The notes under the pieces were generated by a model, which was not told the origin of the DNA, did not search any database, and worked only from the letters and a program-made list of their open reading frames with translations. Shown here in pieces: positions 27,655 through 37,198 of a DNA stretch of 58,112 bases. Every line of letters starts with the position of its first letter. The first letter of the stretch is position 1. The position numbers were made by a program, and so were the translations under genes. The stretch lies in the sequence record DRR378314_2674; one strand, 5' to 3'.

Positions 27655-30600
27655 TTAGGCCTTTGCTTTTTCTAAGATAATAAGATTATCATATTCAAAG
27701 ACATTTTTAAAACCAGTAGACAATATAATTTTTTCCAATAATTTTACTCCGTCCTTTACCAATATCACTAGCCTAATATTATTTATGATTTTAGGCACTA
27801 GGCTATCCAGGTCTTGTATTTCCAAATCAATGATCATTATATCCGCGGGCTGTTCCAGAGCCTCCTGGATCGATGCTGTTAAGGTTAACTTGGCTACTTG
27901 CTGTGAAATAAAACTGTTCATTACAATTGGTCTTATCTCCTCATCTGCCAAGTAGGCAAAAATTTTGCGATCAACGGCATTTAAAGATAATAGAAAATCC
28001 AGTTGCCCGTATTCTTTTGAAAGATGAATTATGGAATCGGTGGTTTCTATCCGTTTGGAAATCAGGGTGTAAATTTTGGAGTTGTTCCTTAAATCTTTTT
28101 TTACCGCACGGTAGACGGAATCTCCTTTGTATCGATAATCTTCGAGAATTGTTCTCCTGAAATAGGTGTCCCCTTCCACTTCATTCCTCAAGTTCTGAAA
28201 TTCGGACCTGAAATAGGCTGCGATACCCTTGTTGCGCTCTCTATAATTTTTTCCGTAGCCTAGGTCCTCTGTAGAAATTCTATCCAAGATCTTTACCGTT
28301 ATACTGCCATCTTTTATAACAAAACTTCCTTTGGGAAGCACTTCCGAATTTCCATGTATCAAAACAGGAACAATATCCATATTGAACTTTTCCGCCAAAT
28401 AAAAGGCCCCTTTATGGAATCGCCTTATTTTGTTGGTTCTGGACCTTGTCCCTTCAGGGAAAGCCATCAAGGAGTATCCTTGGGCTACCTTGTTTCTTAA
28501 ATGTTCAAGGCCATTATCTATTCCTTCGGACACCGGATAAAATCCGGCGAGTTGCACGGCCTTTCCAAAAATTGGGGATTTGTACACCCAGTCGTTTACC
28601 AAATAAATAATCTTTGGATATAACATACCAACGGCCAAAATATCTAAAAATGAGGTGTGGTTTGCTATGATAATAGCAGGTTTTTTAAAATCCTCCCCTG
28701 ATAAATTGATAATTTTTTTACTTACAAAGGGATTGGTATACAAAACCGATTTCATGAATTTTGAAATGGTCTTGTGAAACCATTTCATTTTAACTTTTTT
28801 CTTAATGGGCAGTATTTTCATAACGGTAACGCTCCATATGGACAACAGTAGTCCACCGGATCCATAATAACCAAATGAAAGAACGGAATGAATTAGTAAT
28901 CGAAGGCTAATGGGGCGTTTTTCCTTACTTCCGATAAAGAGTAAAAATAATAATGGTTGTATGGTGAAAGCTACAAAAACCGCGGAGAGGATACCTATGA
29001 GTGATACGAGGCTAATGGAATGCAAGGCAGGGTGTTTTGCAAAAATTAGTACACCAATTCCCAAAACTGTAGTAATGGCCGAAAGTAGGATAGAAGTTCG
29101 GTGTGTTCTCAGTACTTCTTCGCCCTTACCGTATTCCTTTAGCAGTCCCGTTGTTATGAATATGCTGTAATCTATTCCCAATCCAAAGATAAAGGTGGAG
29201 ATAATGATATTAAAAATATTGAATTCTATATGGAACATACCCATAATACCAATAGTGAGCCACCAGGTTAACAGGATGGGGATACTTGTGACCAATACCA
29301 GGGAAAAACTTCTAAAGAAAAAGAACAGTATCAGGACTACTATACCGAGGGAATAACCAATTAGCTTATTGAAATCATTTTTGAGATTGCCTAAAAACAT
29401 TTCGTTCATTTCCTGCCTATCTATTACCAATGTTCGGGGGTTAGCTCTAAAAATATTTTTTACTTTTTCCTCATGTCCTTCCTTTAATTTAATCAGTGAA
29501 GTAACAGTGGTGAAATCATTATCGGTAACAATGTGGTCATCAATGGGCAGGGCAGATGCACTACTATAATCCACAATATTCAACAATCTGTAATCTTTGT
29601 TTAGAAACGAATAGAATTTATCAAAGGAATTGGGTTTAAATCCTAACTCGGTACCACTTTCCACAAGATTTTCCTTAGTCTTTTCAATGACTTCCTCGTT
29701 CCAAAATTCCTTCCAAAGGGCAATTTTTTCTTGTTGTTTTTCTTGGGAGAGGACTAGGTTGCCTATTGAGCTAAAACTAAGTATTTCTCCATTATTCTTT
29801 AGACTATCCAATTCTTGGGATATGGTATTGTTGGTTTGAAGGACCTTTTCACCATCCTTTCCATAGACAGCCAAATAAATGGATTTGGAAGACAAATTGG
29901 TAAGTGCGTCCAATCTTTCCCTAGCTTGTACCAAGGCAGTAGGCTCAAAGTTGAGTTTGGCAATATCCTTATTGAAAATTACCTTGTCGTGAAAAAAAAT
30001 GCTGGCAATAAGCAGGCCTGCAAGGATGGCTATGCTCCATTTATTTTTATGAAGGTTGTAGGAGGCTATCCTATCCAAGAGGGTATACTTCACTTTAAGA
30101 TTGTCGGTATTCCTGTAAACATGGGGGATAAATAAAAGGGCAAAAATACAGGAGCCAATAACGCTAACGGCTGCAAAAATACCAAGGTCCTGTAGGGCTT
30201 GCGAGTCTAGGAATAGAAGGCACAAAAAGGCTAGGGCAGTGGTAATACTACTCATAATAACGGGCTGGGCCACATCTGAATAAAGTGTCTTTACGGACGG
30301 ATTATTTCTTATTTGGGTTAGTATGTGCAAGGAATAATCCAAGGTAACCCCTAGCAGAACAGAACCTATTCCCAAGGAAATGGCAGAAATCTTCCCTCTG
30401 GATAAATAAAGTACGGCAACGGATAGTATTGCACCAAAAAGGGTAGGGGCGAATAGAATTATGGGAATGGTTAATTTTCTATAAAATAGGATAAGAATGC
30501 CCATTAAAATGGATAAGGCAATAGTTACCGTAAGGCGAATATCGTTTTTGATCTGTTGTGCGTTAGCTACGGCTATCAGTGTGGCCCCATAATATTCACT

Positions 30601-31344
30601 TTTTACCTTATCCTTATACAGTTGGTCCAATTGATTCTGGGTCTCATAAAGCTCCGCCACAAATTTTGTGTTTTCCACGGTTTCACTGGACGGGTGGGCA
30701 GGGGTAATAAATAGTAAAATGTTTTGAAGATCCTTACTCAGTAGAAAACCATCCTTTATAGTGAACTGATCCCCTATGCCCAAGCCCCTTAGTTTTTTTA
30801 GGGCAATAAAAGAAATACCTAGCGGGTCTTTCAGAATCATTTCTTTGGCAACAATACCAGAAGGGGAAATTAATGTTCTGTAGTTTTTTTGTGTTATTTT
30901 GGCAATGCTGTCCTTGTCGAGTTTTTTTGAAATGGTATTGTAGTCCTCCTTATCAAGCAGTAGAGGAGCGTTTTCATAGACAAACCCCAAGGTGTTTCCT
31001 AGATCTCCATCGTCTATTTTACCCTGAATTTTTTTTATATGTGAAGCAGATCTTTTGGAGATACTATCCAGAAAATCTGTTGCGTAGCTTGTTAGTTCTT
31101 CAATAGGTGCCCCTGACTCTCGCACAATATTGACGATAATCTTATCTGAAAAATTTACCGATTTTAATACTTTTTGAACTTCTTCGGTCTTGCTATTGCT
31201 TGGTATAAGCTTGGTAATGTCTTCCTCAAATTCAATTTTAAAAGCAAAATATATTAGGATTGCAAAAAGGGCCAAGAGACCAATGCCGGACAGCAGTCTT
31301 TTTTTGGCCACATATTGATAAATCCTATATAAAAAACTACCCAT
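27655..31344 (-). CDS. MMPL/RND exporter fused to a PlsC-type acyltransferase and a degenerate methyltransferase-like domain
   Basis: Two MMPL halves (GVTLDYSLH, GLGIDYSIF). PlsC motifs ANHTSFLD and FPEGTRS...FHKGAF. Start placed at MGSFLY (31344); the ORF track starts at 31371. Confidence 0.88.
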   Translation of the reverse strand: MGSFLYRIYQYVAKKRLLSGIGLLALFAILIYFAFKIEFEEDITKLIPSNSKTEEVQKVLKSVNFSDKIIVNIVRESGAPIEELTSYATDFLDSISKRSASHIKKIQGKIDDGDLGNTLGFVYENAPLLLDKEDYNTISKKLDKDSIAKITQKNYRTLISPSGIVAKEMILKDPLGISFIALKKLRGLGIGDQFTIKDGFLLSKDLQNILLFITPAHPSSETVENTKFVAELYETQNQLDQLYKDKVKSEYYGATLIAVANAQQIKNDIRLTVTIALSILMGILILFYRKLTIPIILFAPTLFGAILSVAVLYLSRGKISAISLGIGSVLLGVTLDYSLHILTQIRNNPSVKTLYSDVAQPVIMSSITTALAFLCLLFLDSQALQDLGIFAAVSVIGSCIFALLFIPHVYRNTDNLKVKYTLLDRIASYNLHKNKWSIAILAGLLIASIFFHDKVIFNKDIAKLNFEPTALVQARERLDALTNLSSKSIYLAVYGKDGEKVLQTNNTISQELDSLKNNGEILSFSSIGNLVLSQEKQQEKIALWKEFWNEEVIEKTKENLVESGTELGFKPNSFDKFYSFLNKDYRLLNIVDYSSASALPIDDHIVTDNDFTTVTSLIKLKEGHEEKVKNIFRANPRTLVIDRQEMNEMFLGNLKNDFNKLIGYSLGIVVLILFFFFRSFSLVLVTSIPILLTWWLTIGIMGMFHIEFNIFNIIISTFIFGLGIDYSIFITTGLLKEYGKGEEVLRTHRTSILLSAITTVLGIGVLIFAKHPALHSISLVSLIGILSAVFVAFTIQPLLFLLFIGSKEKRPISLRLLIHSVLSFGYYGSGGLLLSIWSVTVMKILPIKKKVKMKWFHKTISKFMKSVLYTNPFVSKKIINLSGEDFKKPAIIIANHTSFLDILAVGMLYPKIIYLVNDWVYKSPIFGKAVQLAGFYPVSEGIDNGLEHLRNKVAQGYSLMAFPEGTRSRTNKIRRFHKGAFYLAEKFNMDIVPVLIHGNSEVLPKGSFVIKDGSITVKILDRISTEDLGYGKNYRERNKGIAAYFRSEFQNLRNEVEGDTYFRRTILEDYRYKGDSVYRAVKKDLRNNSKIYTLISKRIETTDSIIHLSKEYGQLDFLLSLNAVDRKIFAYLADEEIRPIVMNSFISQQVAKLTLTASIQEALEQPADIMIIDLEIQDLDSLVPKIINNIRLVILVKDGVKLLEKIILSTGFKNVFEYDNLIILEKAKA

Positions 31345-32539
31345 TTTTAAGTGCAATATTCTTTCTGTCAAAAATATTCAAAATAATATAACCGCATATT
31401 CCCGCGGCAAACGCTCCAATAAGGGAAAGGGTTATACTGCCAATTATATAGGATTTTAAATGTTTTATGACTTCAAAATTGGCCCCTGCCTCCTCAAAAG
31501 TAAAATTAAACTCCGTACCCAGGACCCAATGGCCTATTTTAAGGCTGATAAACAGCACAAAAGGTATAAAGGGAGGGAAGCTTACGTTGGAAAAAGCGAA
31601 GGCAATGGTCTTGTTCAGTTTAAACAGTACCGCTAAAAAAATGACTATCAAAGTCTGGAACCCCCATAGGGGAGATAAGCCAATAAGCACTCCCAGTGCT
31701 ATGGAAAGCGCCTTTTTTTCATGGGAATCATTACTGCCCAGGAAGTCTTCGTGGAAAAACCTTTTAACTCCTTTTTTTTTTATTTTCCGAATTAAATCGC
31801 GTGGAAAAATATATAAAAGGGTAAGAATTACCAAGTAGGTGTTTAACAGGCTAATTCTGGAAAAATCGGTAAAGGGTCTAAAATGGGATACCCTTTCGGT
31901 AACATCATAGCTTACTTTTATGGGGATATTCTTCACTTCTATTCCACTCCATGCGGCTTTTACGATGGCTTCGATTTCAAATTCAAATTTTTTTGTGAAG
32001 AATGTAATATCCTTTAAGGCCAATATAGGATATAGCCTATATCCGGATTGGGTGTCCTGTAGTTTGATCCCGGTCTCGACCCAAAACCAAAAATTGGAAA
32101 ATTTGTTGCCAAAGCTACTTTTTTTGGGTACATCTTTTTGTCCCATATTCCTTGCCCCTATATAAAGTACGTCTTTCGACTTTTCCTTGCTCAGGCTATT
32201 GATAAGTATGGGTATATCATCTGGAAAGTGTTGGCCATCAGAATCAATGGTAATCGCAAAGTGGAAACCCTGTTCCAAGGCCAATTCAAAACCTTTCCTC
32301 AAGGCATAACCCTTGCCTATGTTTTGTGGGAGGGAAATAGTAAGGATATTTGGGAATTGGTTCAAAATATGGGAAGTGGTATCGGTAGACCCATCATTTA
32401 CGACTATAACATCTTGGGTGTATAGCAGCACCCCTTCAATGACTTTTTTTAAGGTTTTGTGATTGTTGTAGGTAGGTATGATCACACAGCATTTAAGCTG
32501 ATCCATAGCTTTAGTTGTGGATGTAGTAAGTTGTGACAC
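31337..32539 (-). CDS. GT2 glycosyltransferase fused to a DUF2062 membrane domain
   Basis: Motifs IIPTYNN, VNDGSTD, N.GKG.AL, DSDGQH and DTQSGYRLYP, with a hydrophobic C-terminus (ALSIALGVLIG..P). The start may be GTG 32539 or a downstream ATG. Confidence 0.9.
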   Translation of the reverse strand: MSQLTTSTTKAMDQLKCCVIIPTYNNHKTLKKVIEGVLLYTQDVIVVNDGSTDTTSHILNQFPNILTISLPQNIGKGYALRKGFELALEQGFHFAITIDSDGQHFPDDIPILINSLSKEKSKDVLYIGARNMGQKDVPKKSSFGNKFSNFWFWVETGIKLQDTQSGYRLYPILALKDITFFTKKFEFEIEAIVKAAWSGIEVKNIPIKVSYDVTERVSHFRPFTDFSRISLLNTYLVILTLLYIFPRDLIRKIKKKGVKRFFHEDFLGSNDSHEKKALSIALGVLIGLSPLWGFQTLIVIFLAVLFKLNKTIAFAFSNVSFPPFIPFVLFISLKIGHWVLGTEFNFTFEEAGANFEVIKHLKSYIIGSITLSLIGAFAAGICGYIILNIFDRKNIALKNG

Positions 32540-32594
32540 GGTTGTAACTTAATTTGGTTGTTCCATCTTGTAGAAAAATACAAGATATGGTTCG

Positions 32595-32602
32595 CAAAAA
32601 TA
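32595..32602 (-). promoter_or_regulatory. Putative internal -7 element (TATTTTTG)
   Basis: Exact TAnnTTTG match in the intergenic gap upstream of the GT2 gene. Confidence 0.45.
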
Positions 32603-32615
32603 GGAATTACTGAAG

Positions 32616-33104
32616 TTAAAACCGTTGCTTTTCTTCAGTATTAAACCCAGTGGATTGTAATATATACGATTTTACAAATTCCTTGACCGCTTTAGATTTG
32701 GTCTTTTCGTAGTGGTTTAGAATAAAAGTTTTGTCCTCCTCAATATTGGATCTGTATTTCAAAAACTTGGGAGAATTTTCCTGTATGCTCAATCTGAGGC
32801 ACCTAATTTCTATGTTTTCCGGTTTTTGGGATACCGCAAATTCCAAAAGCAGAACCCCGTTTTTAAAAAGCTCTTTTCTTTCTGTATTATCCTTGGTATA
32901 TTTTGCGGTTAAAGCAGAAACTGCACCCTTGTAAGCTACCAATATTGTGTTGTCTTCCTCGGAAACAGTTTCCAGTTTATCCCTTAGGGCAAGTGCCAAT
33001 TCACGATCGTTGGTAGCCAATTTAAAATCCTTTCGGATCTGGTCCAGATCTGGTGTGAAAGGAGAAATGGAAATGAAGAACAGGAGAAAACAGATAAGTT
33101 TCAT
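32616..33104 (-). CDS. Hypothetical exported helical (TPR-like) protein of the flexirubin cluster
   Basis: Signal-like N-terminus and the motif P.NIEIR.LRLSIQE..PKFL.Y. Abuts the upstream stop codon. Confidence 0.7.
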   Translation of the reverse strand: MKLICFLLFFISISPFTPDLDQIRKDFKLATNDRELALALRDKLETVSEEDNTILVAYKGAVSALTAKYTKDNTERKELFKNGVLLLEFAVSQKPENIEIRCLRLSIQENSPKFLKYRSNIEEDKTFILNHYEKTKSKAVKEFVKSYILQSTGFNTEEKQRF

Positions 33105-33473
33105 TTAGGCAGCACTTTTGAAGGTTGCATTTAGTTTTAGGGCCACTGTTTCCCCAAAGATGGTCGTACTTTTAACTTTGAACAGACCGTCCATTTCAGA
33201 AAGATTGATGTCTATTAAAAGTATCGGGTCGGTTTCGGGATTTATTATGGCCATAAATTTAACATTACTGGCGACGGATAGAAATAAATCCTGCCCGAGA
33301 CTCCTTTCGGTCAATTCCTTTATGATTTGAATCATACATACCCCGGGCATAATAGGCTTTCCTGGGAAATGGCCCTTAAAAATTTCATGCTTGGGATTCA
33401 ACTTGATTTGGGCCGATATGCCTTCTTCGTTCTTATCAAAAGTCTCTGTAGTATATAATCCTTCTATTAACAT
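33105..33473 (-). CDS. Hot-dog fold 3-hydroxyacyl-ACP dehydratase (FabZ/ApeI-like)
   Basis: Motifs H.IFKGHFPGKPIMPGVC and NVKF...I.P. Confidence 0.9.
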   Translation of the reverse strand: MLIEGLYTTETFDKNEEGISAQIKLNPKHEIFKGHFPGKPIMPGVCMIQIIKELTERSLGQDLFLSVASNVKFMAIINPETDPILLIDINLSEMDGLFKVKSTTIFGETVALKLNATFKSAA

Positions 33474-33478
33474 TATGG

Positions 33479-34072
33479 TTACATATTAAATTTATAGGCT
33501 AGTCCTATTTGGAATACCCTGTTCAATTGATTTTCCTCAGAATTGCCCCCATATTCTCCGGAGTCATTAAAATCTAGATCTATCAACCCTTGTTTAAATC
33601 TCAATTCCAATGCCAAACCAAAATCAAACTCATATCCAATTCCGCCAAACACGGCCAGATCAATGGGAGTGATTTCTAGATTTTCGCCGTTATCGTTGAT
33701 TAAGTTTATAAAATTATCATCGAAATTAACGTCTAGGCTGGGGCCCAAAATAAAGTGGAAACCCTGATTTTTACTGACAAAAAATTTATTTGCAAGGGCA
33801 ATGGATACATAATTGATATTTAGGTCTTCCCCATTTCTAAAGCTGGCATTGCCTCCCTGGTTGGAATATACTATTTCCGGTTGCATAGTATAGCTATCCG
33901 AAAAACGCACTGCTAAAAATAATCCCGTATACAATCCAGTTTTGTTATCCAGTTCGGAATTCAGGATCTTGGCATTGTTTACACCCAGTCTTATCCCTAG
34001 TTGCGACTTGCTTTGGGCAACCAAGACATAGGAAATAGTGATAAAAAGGCTGGTAAACAGTAATTTTTTCAT
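33479..34072 (-). CDS. Outer membrane beta-barrel (porin family) protein
   Basis: Signal peptide ..LVA|Q, G.RLGVN, QPE..YS.QG, alternating strands and C-terminal GLAYKF. Confidence 0.82.
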   Translation of the reverse strand: MKKLLFTSLFITISYVLVAQSKSQLGIRLGVNNAKILNSELDNKTGLYTGLFLAVRFSDSYTMQPEIVYSNQGGNASFRNGEDLNINYVSIALANKFFVSKNQGFHFILGPSLDVNFDDNFINLINDNGENLEITPIDLAVFGGIGYEFDFGLALELRFKQGLIDLDFNDSGEYGGNSEENQLNRVFQIGLAYKFNM

Positions 34073-34074
34073 TT

Positions 34075-34683
34075 TTAAATGGCTTTTAAATCAATGGTTA
34101 ACTTAATGTTTTTGTGCCGTATTTTAATTTTCCCTGCATGATCGTTTTCTATTTCTGTAAAAATATAGTCCGATTTTTCTTTGCTTCCTTTTGTCTCCAA
34201 AATTTTATGTAGTCGTTCATCTACTCTGAGGTAAAAGTAAGTGTTATTCTTTATCCTGGTTTCAAAGAATATGCTATCCCCCATTGTCTGGAATTGCTGT
34301 AAAATGATGGGATTTTCATTGATCAAAACAGTGAAATCCCTCCTGAGCAGGTTTATTAGAATCTTTTTATCCATTTCACTGAGAATAAAATTAATTCGAA
34401 ATTCGTCTTTGATAAACGAAAAATCAAATAGTTTATTTCCCATTTCAGTGGTGAACACCACTCTATGGTGCTCCGGCCCCAATTTTTTTATAACAAATAT
34501 TCCGCCAAAGGATTTCTCGGCGAAATTAATTTTGGCCTTGTAGATATAATCCATTGAAAGATCCGAAAAGTAAGGATTGATTACAGCTGGCGTATCGCCT
34601 TTTATTCTTTCTAGATTATTCTTTTTTGGAAAGGAGGCACAGGCAAACAGCAAGAGGGATAAGCTAATTAGTAAATACTTCAT
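34075..34683 (-). CDS. Hypothetical lipoprotein of the flexirubin cluster
   Basis: Lipobox LLFA|C and the motif RVVFTTEMGNKLFDF. Overlaps the LolA-like gene. Confidence 0.7.
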   Translation of the reverse strand: MKYLLISLSLLLFACASFPKKNNLERIKGDTPAVINPYFSDLSMDYIYKAKINFAEKSFGGIFVIKKLGPEHHRVVFTTEMGNKLFDFSFIKDEFRINFILSEMDKKILINLLRRDFTVLINENPIILQQFQTMGDSIFFETRIKNNTYFYLRVDERLHKILETKGSKEKSDYIFTEIENDHAGKIKIRHKNIKLTIDLKAI

Positions 34684-35293
34684 TGTCCAATGGTTTGTTG
34701 ATCAGTCGGTCAGAAAAGACAATTCTGGTATAATCATTAGTGGGTTCCACCATTTTAACCTCCATAACATCGGCCTGTTGCTTATCGAAAAACAATATAA
34801 AAGAGGCTATGTAACTTTTTATTTTCTCATCCTTGGGGATAAAGATAACCTTATAATATTTTGAGCTTTTAAAATAGCTCATAGTGAAATCCGAATCTTG
34901 GAACAAGTTCCCCTTTACACTATTTACGATTAACTGATTTATCTTTTTAAACAAGGCACTATTTCCCAGATCCATATTGCTTTTAGTTCCGGAATCGTTA
35001 ATTATTAATTTGTCGTCCTTGAAAATGATACTGTATTTGAAGGGTTCTGTATACTCCCATTTTACCATATTGGGAACTTTAAAGGCCATTTTACCCTGAG
35101 TAGTAATATCATTGGATAAAAAGTCCAGATGCTTATATTGCGTGAAATTACTTTGGATAGTGGTCGTTGCCTTGGATGTCTCGTTGATCTTGGCCTTGAA
35201 CTCCGCAATTTCGGTATTGTTCATCTTACTTTCCTGAGCCAACAATAGGGAAGTATGGGCAATGAGAACAACTAAAAATAATAGGTTACGCAT
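34664..35293 (-). CDS. LolA-like periplasmic carrier protein
   Basis: Signal peptide ..LLA|Q and the LolA pattern F.Q.K.......G...FK.P..VKWEY..P. Confidence 0.85.
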   Translation of the reverse strand: MRNLLFLVVLIAHTSLLLAQESKMNNTEIAEFKAKINETSKATTTIQSNFTQYKHLDFLSNDITTQGKMAFKVPNMVKWEYTEPFKYSIIFKDDKLIINDSGTKSNMDLGNSALFKKINQLIVNSVKGNLFQDSDFTMSYFKSSKYYKVIFIPKDEKIKSYIASFILFFDKQQADVMEVKMVEPTNDYTRIVFSDRLINKPLDNEVFTN

Positions 35294-36062
35294 AGGCTTT
35301 AATATCTAGCAATTGGTCTACAGTGACAGACTGCATTTTGTTCTGCTGTAAAAATAGCAATAACTGTTCCAATACTTCAACTGTTTTTTCACTACTGTCA
35401 TGGAGTAGTATAATGTCGCCTTTTTTTAATTTACTGGTGATGCGTTCAAGGATTACTTTTTTTGATCTTTTGGTAGTGTCCAAAGATCGAATGTTCCAGC
35501 CGACCGTTTTAAGTTTCAATTTTTTAACCGCCCTGCTTATACTGGGATTTGTTACTCCAAAGGCGGGTCTGTATAATTTGGGGTCAAGACCTGTTACTTC
35601 TCTTATAATGGTACTTGTTTTTTGGAGTTCCAATATTACTTTTTGGGTTCCAAAGAATCCAAATTTGTTGGAGTGGCTGTAAGTATGGTTCCCAATTGTA
35701 TGCCCGTTGTCTACTATTTTCTGTGCAATTCCACCAAATTGATTAACCTGATGTCCCACACAAAAAAAAGATGCTTTGGCATTATATTTTTGAAGTAGAT
35801 CCAAAACTTTTGGAGTAAAGTTTGGGTGGGGACCATCATCAAAGGTAATGGCAACCGAATTGTCGCGAATTTTTCTGTTGAAATGCAGGGCGGGGAGATG
35901 ATAGTTCCAGCGGATATGGAAGGAGCCTATGATGGTAAAAGTTGCCCATACAGCAGCAAGTAGGATATAGGTCCACCAGCCAATTTCCCAAAAAACATCC
36001 AATATAAGAAGGGTGGCGAAAGCTACGCTAAAAAGACTATTGATGATAGGGTACCTTAACAT
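35286..36062 (-). CDS. Polysaccharide deacetylase (NodB/CE4) family, membrane-anchored
   Basis: Motifs TFDDGP, GNHTYSH, YRPAFG and IILLHD. Two N-terminal TM helices. Confidence 0.92.
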   Translation of the reverse strand: MLRYPIINSLFSVAFATLLILDVFWEIGWWTYILLAAVWATFTIIGSFHIRWNYHLPALHFNRKIRDNSVAITFDDGPHPNFTPKVLDLLQKYNAKASFFCVGHQVNQFGGIAQKIVDNGHTIGNHTYSHSNKFGFFGTQKVILELQKTSTIIREVTGLDPKLYRPAFGVTNPSISRAVKKLKLKTVGWNIRSLDTTKRSKKVILERITSKLKKGDIILLHDSSEKTVEVLEQLLLFLQQNKMQSVTVDQLLDIKAYA

Positions 36063-37120
36063 CGGCGAAGTAGGGTGAAACTATGGTTTTTACCTCTGTA
36101 CTGATTGTACAGTAAAACAAGTTCCAATCCGTTGGTTTTAATTGTATTTAGTGCAACTGCACTGGGTATCTGCTGGGTCTTAAGAATTTTGGCTCCCAAC
36201 CAAAATCCAAACGCCGAAGCTGTATTGTACTCACCACTCAGATGTTTGTAAACCACTTGCTGGGTGTTTTTAAAAGCGCCATTGGTAAGTTCCGAATAAT
36301 AGTTGTCATACTCAAAGTCTCCATTATTTCCACTTATCAACACATCAATATCGGCTATAGACAGACTATTTTCCTTTAAAAATAGCTCAAGATTGGCCAT
36401 TAGATTTGATTTGGGCAGCGTATTAAAGGTCTTTACGCCCATTAACTGGGCATAGCTGGAATCTTCTTTTTTGTTGGACAACACAAAGAAATTGGCACCT
36501 TCCCCAAATACGGCTCCTCCAGTTTTGGATTGAAGCAGCTTGTTGGAATTTATTTTTTCCGGTTTTATATGTTGTATTAATTTATGTATGGCATTGGTGT
36601 GTTCCCCGGATTCATCAACTCCACCAACGAGTATATTTTCCGCTTCCTTTAGCTCTAATTGCATTATGGCATCCATAAGGGCCGATTCAAAGGAAGCACT
36701 GCTATGTACATAGGTAAAATTATATCCCTTGCATCCAATGCCCAGAGCTATCTGGCCCGCAACCGTATTGTGGGTAGATTGTATAAACGAGGTAGGGGTA
36801 AGGAACTGCTCATTGTTGTCCAAAATAGCGGTTACAAATTTTTCGGAATCCCTAACACATCCCATTCCTGTTCCGGTTATAATGGCATCTACATCTGTAA
36901 GATTTGCTTCCTCCAAGGCTATTTTAGAAGCAACGACCCCCATTTTTATACCCTTAGCCATTCTTCTAGCGGCTGCAGGGGGAATAAAGTCCTTATAGTT
37001 GGGTTCTATTACTGGTATTACATTGTCTTCATAGGTAGTTATTTCCTCCAAAAAATCATTGTTGTCAAATGTTTTTTGGGCAGATATGGAACCGATACTG
37101 TTAATATATACTTTTTCCAT
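36056..37120 (-). CDS. Ketosynthase-like chain-length factor (catalytically inactive)
   Basis: KS fold motifs (PTSFIQSTHN..AG, GEGA.FFVL). The active-site Cys (HSSASF) and the HGT His are missing. Confidence 0.82.
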   Translation of the reverse strand: MEKVYINSIGSISAQKTFDNNDFLEEITTYEDNVIPVIEPNYKDFIPPAAARRMAKGIKMGVVASKIALEEANLTDVDAIITGTGMGCVRDSEKFVTAILDNNEQFLTPTSFIQSTHNTVAGQIALGIGCKGYNFTYVHSSASFESALMDAIMQLELKEAENILVGGVDESGEHTNAIHKLIQHIKPEKINSNKLLQSKTGGAVFGEGANFFVLSNKKEDSSYAQLMGVKTFNTLPKSNLMANLELFLKENSLSIADIDVLISGNNGDFEYDNYYSELTNGAFKNTQQVVYKHLSGEYNTASAFGFWLGAKILKTQQIPSAVALNTIKTNGLELVLLYNQYRGKNHSFTLLRRC

Positions 37121-37173
37121 TAGTTGTTGGGAATGCCGATTTCTAATATAATATCTAAAAAGATCAAAGGGTC

Positions 37174-37181
37174 CAAATGTA
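37174..37181 (-). promoter_or_regulatory. Putative internal -7 element (TACATTTG)
   Basis: Exact TAnnTTTG match in the 78-nt gap between the KS and chain-length-factor genes. Confidence 0.45.
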
Positions 37182-37198
37182 AATATAACAAATCCTAC

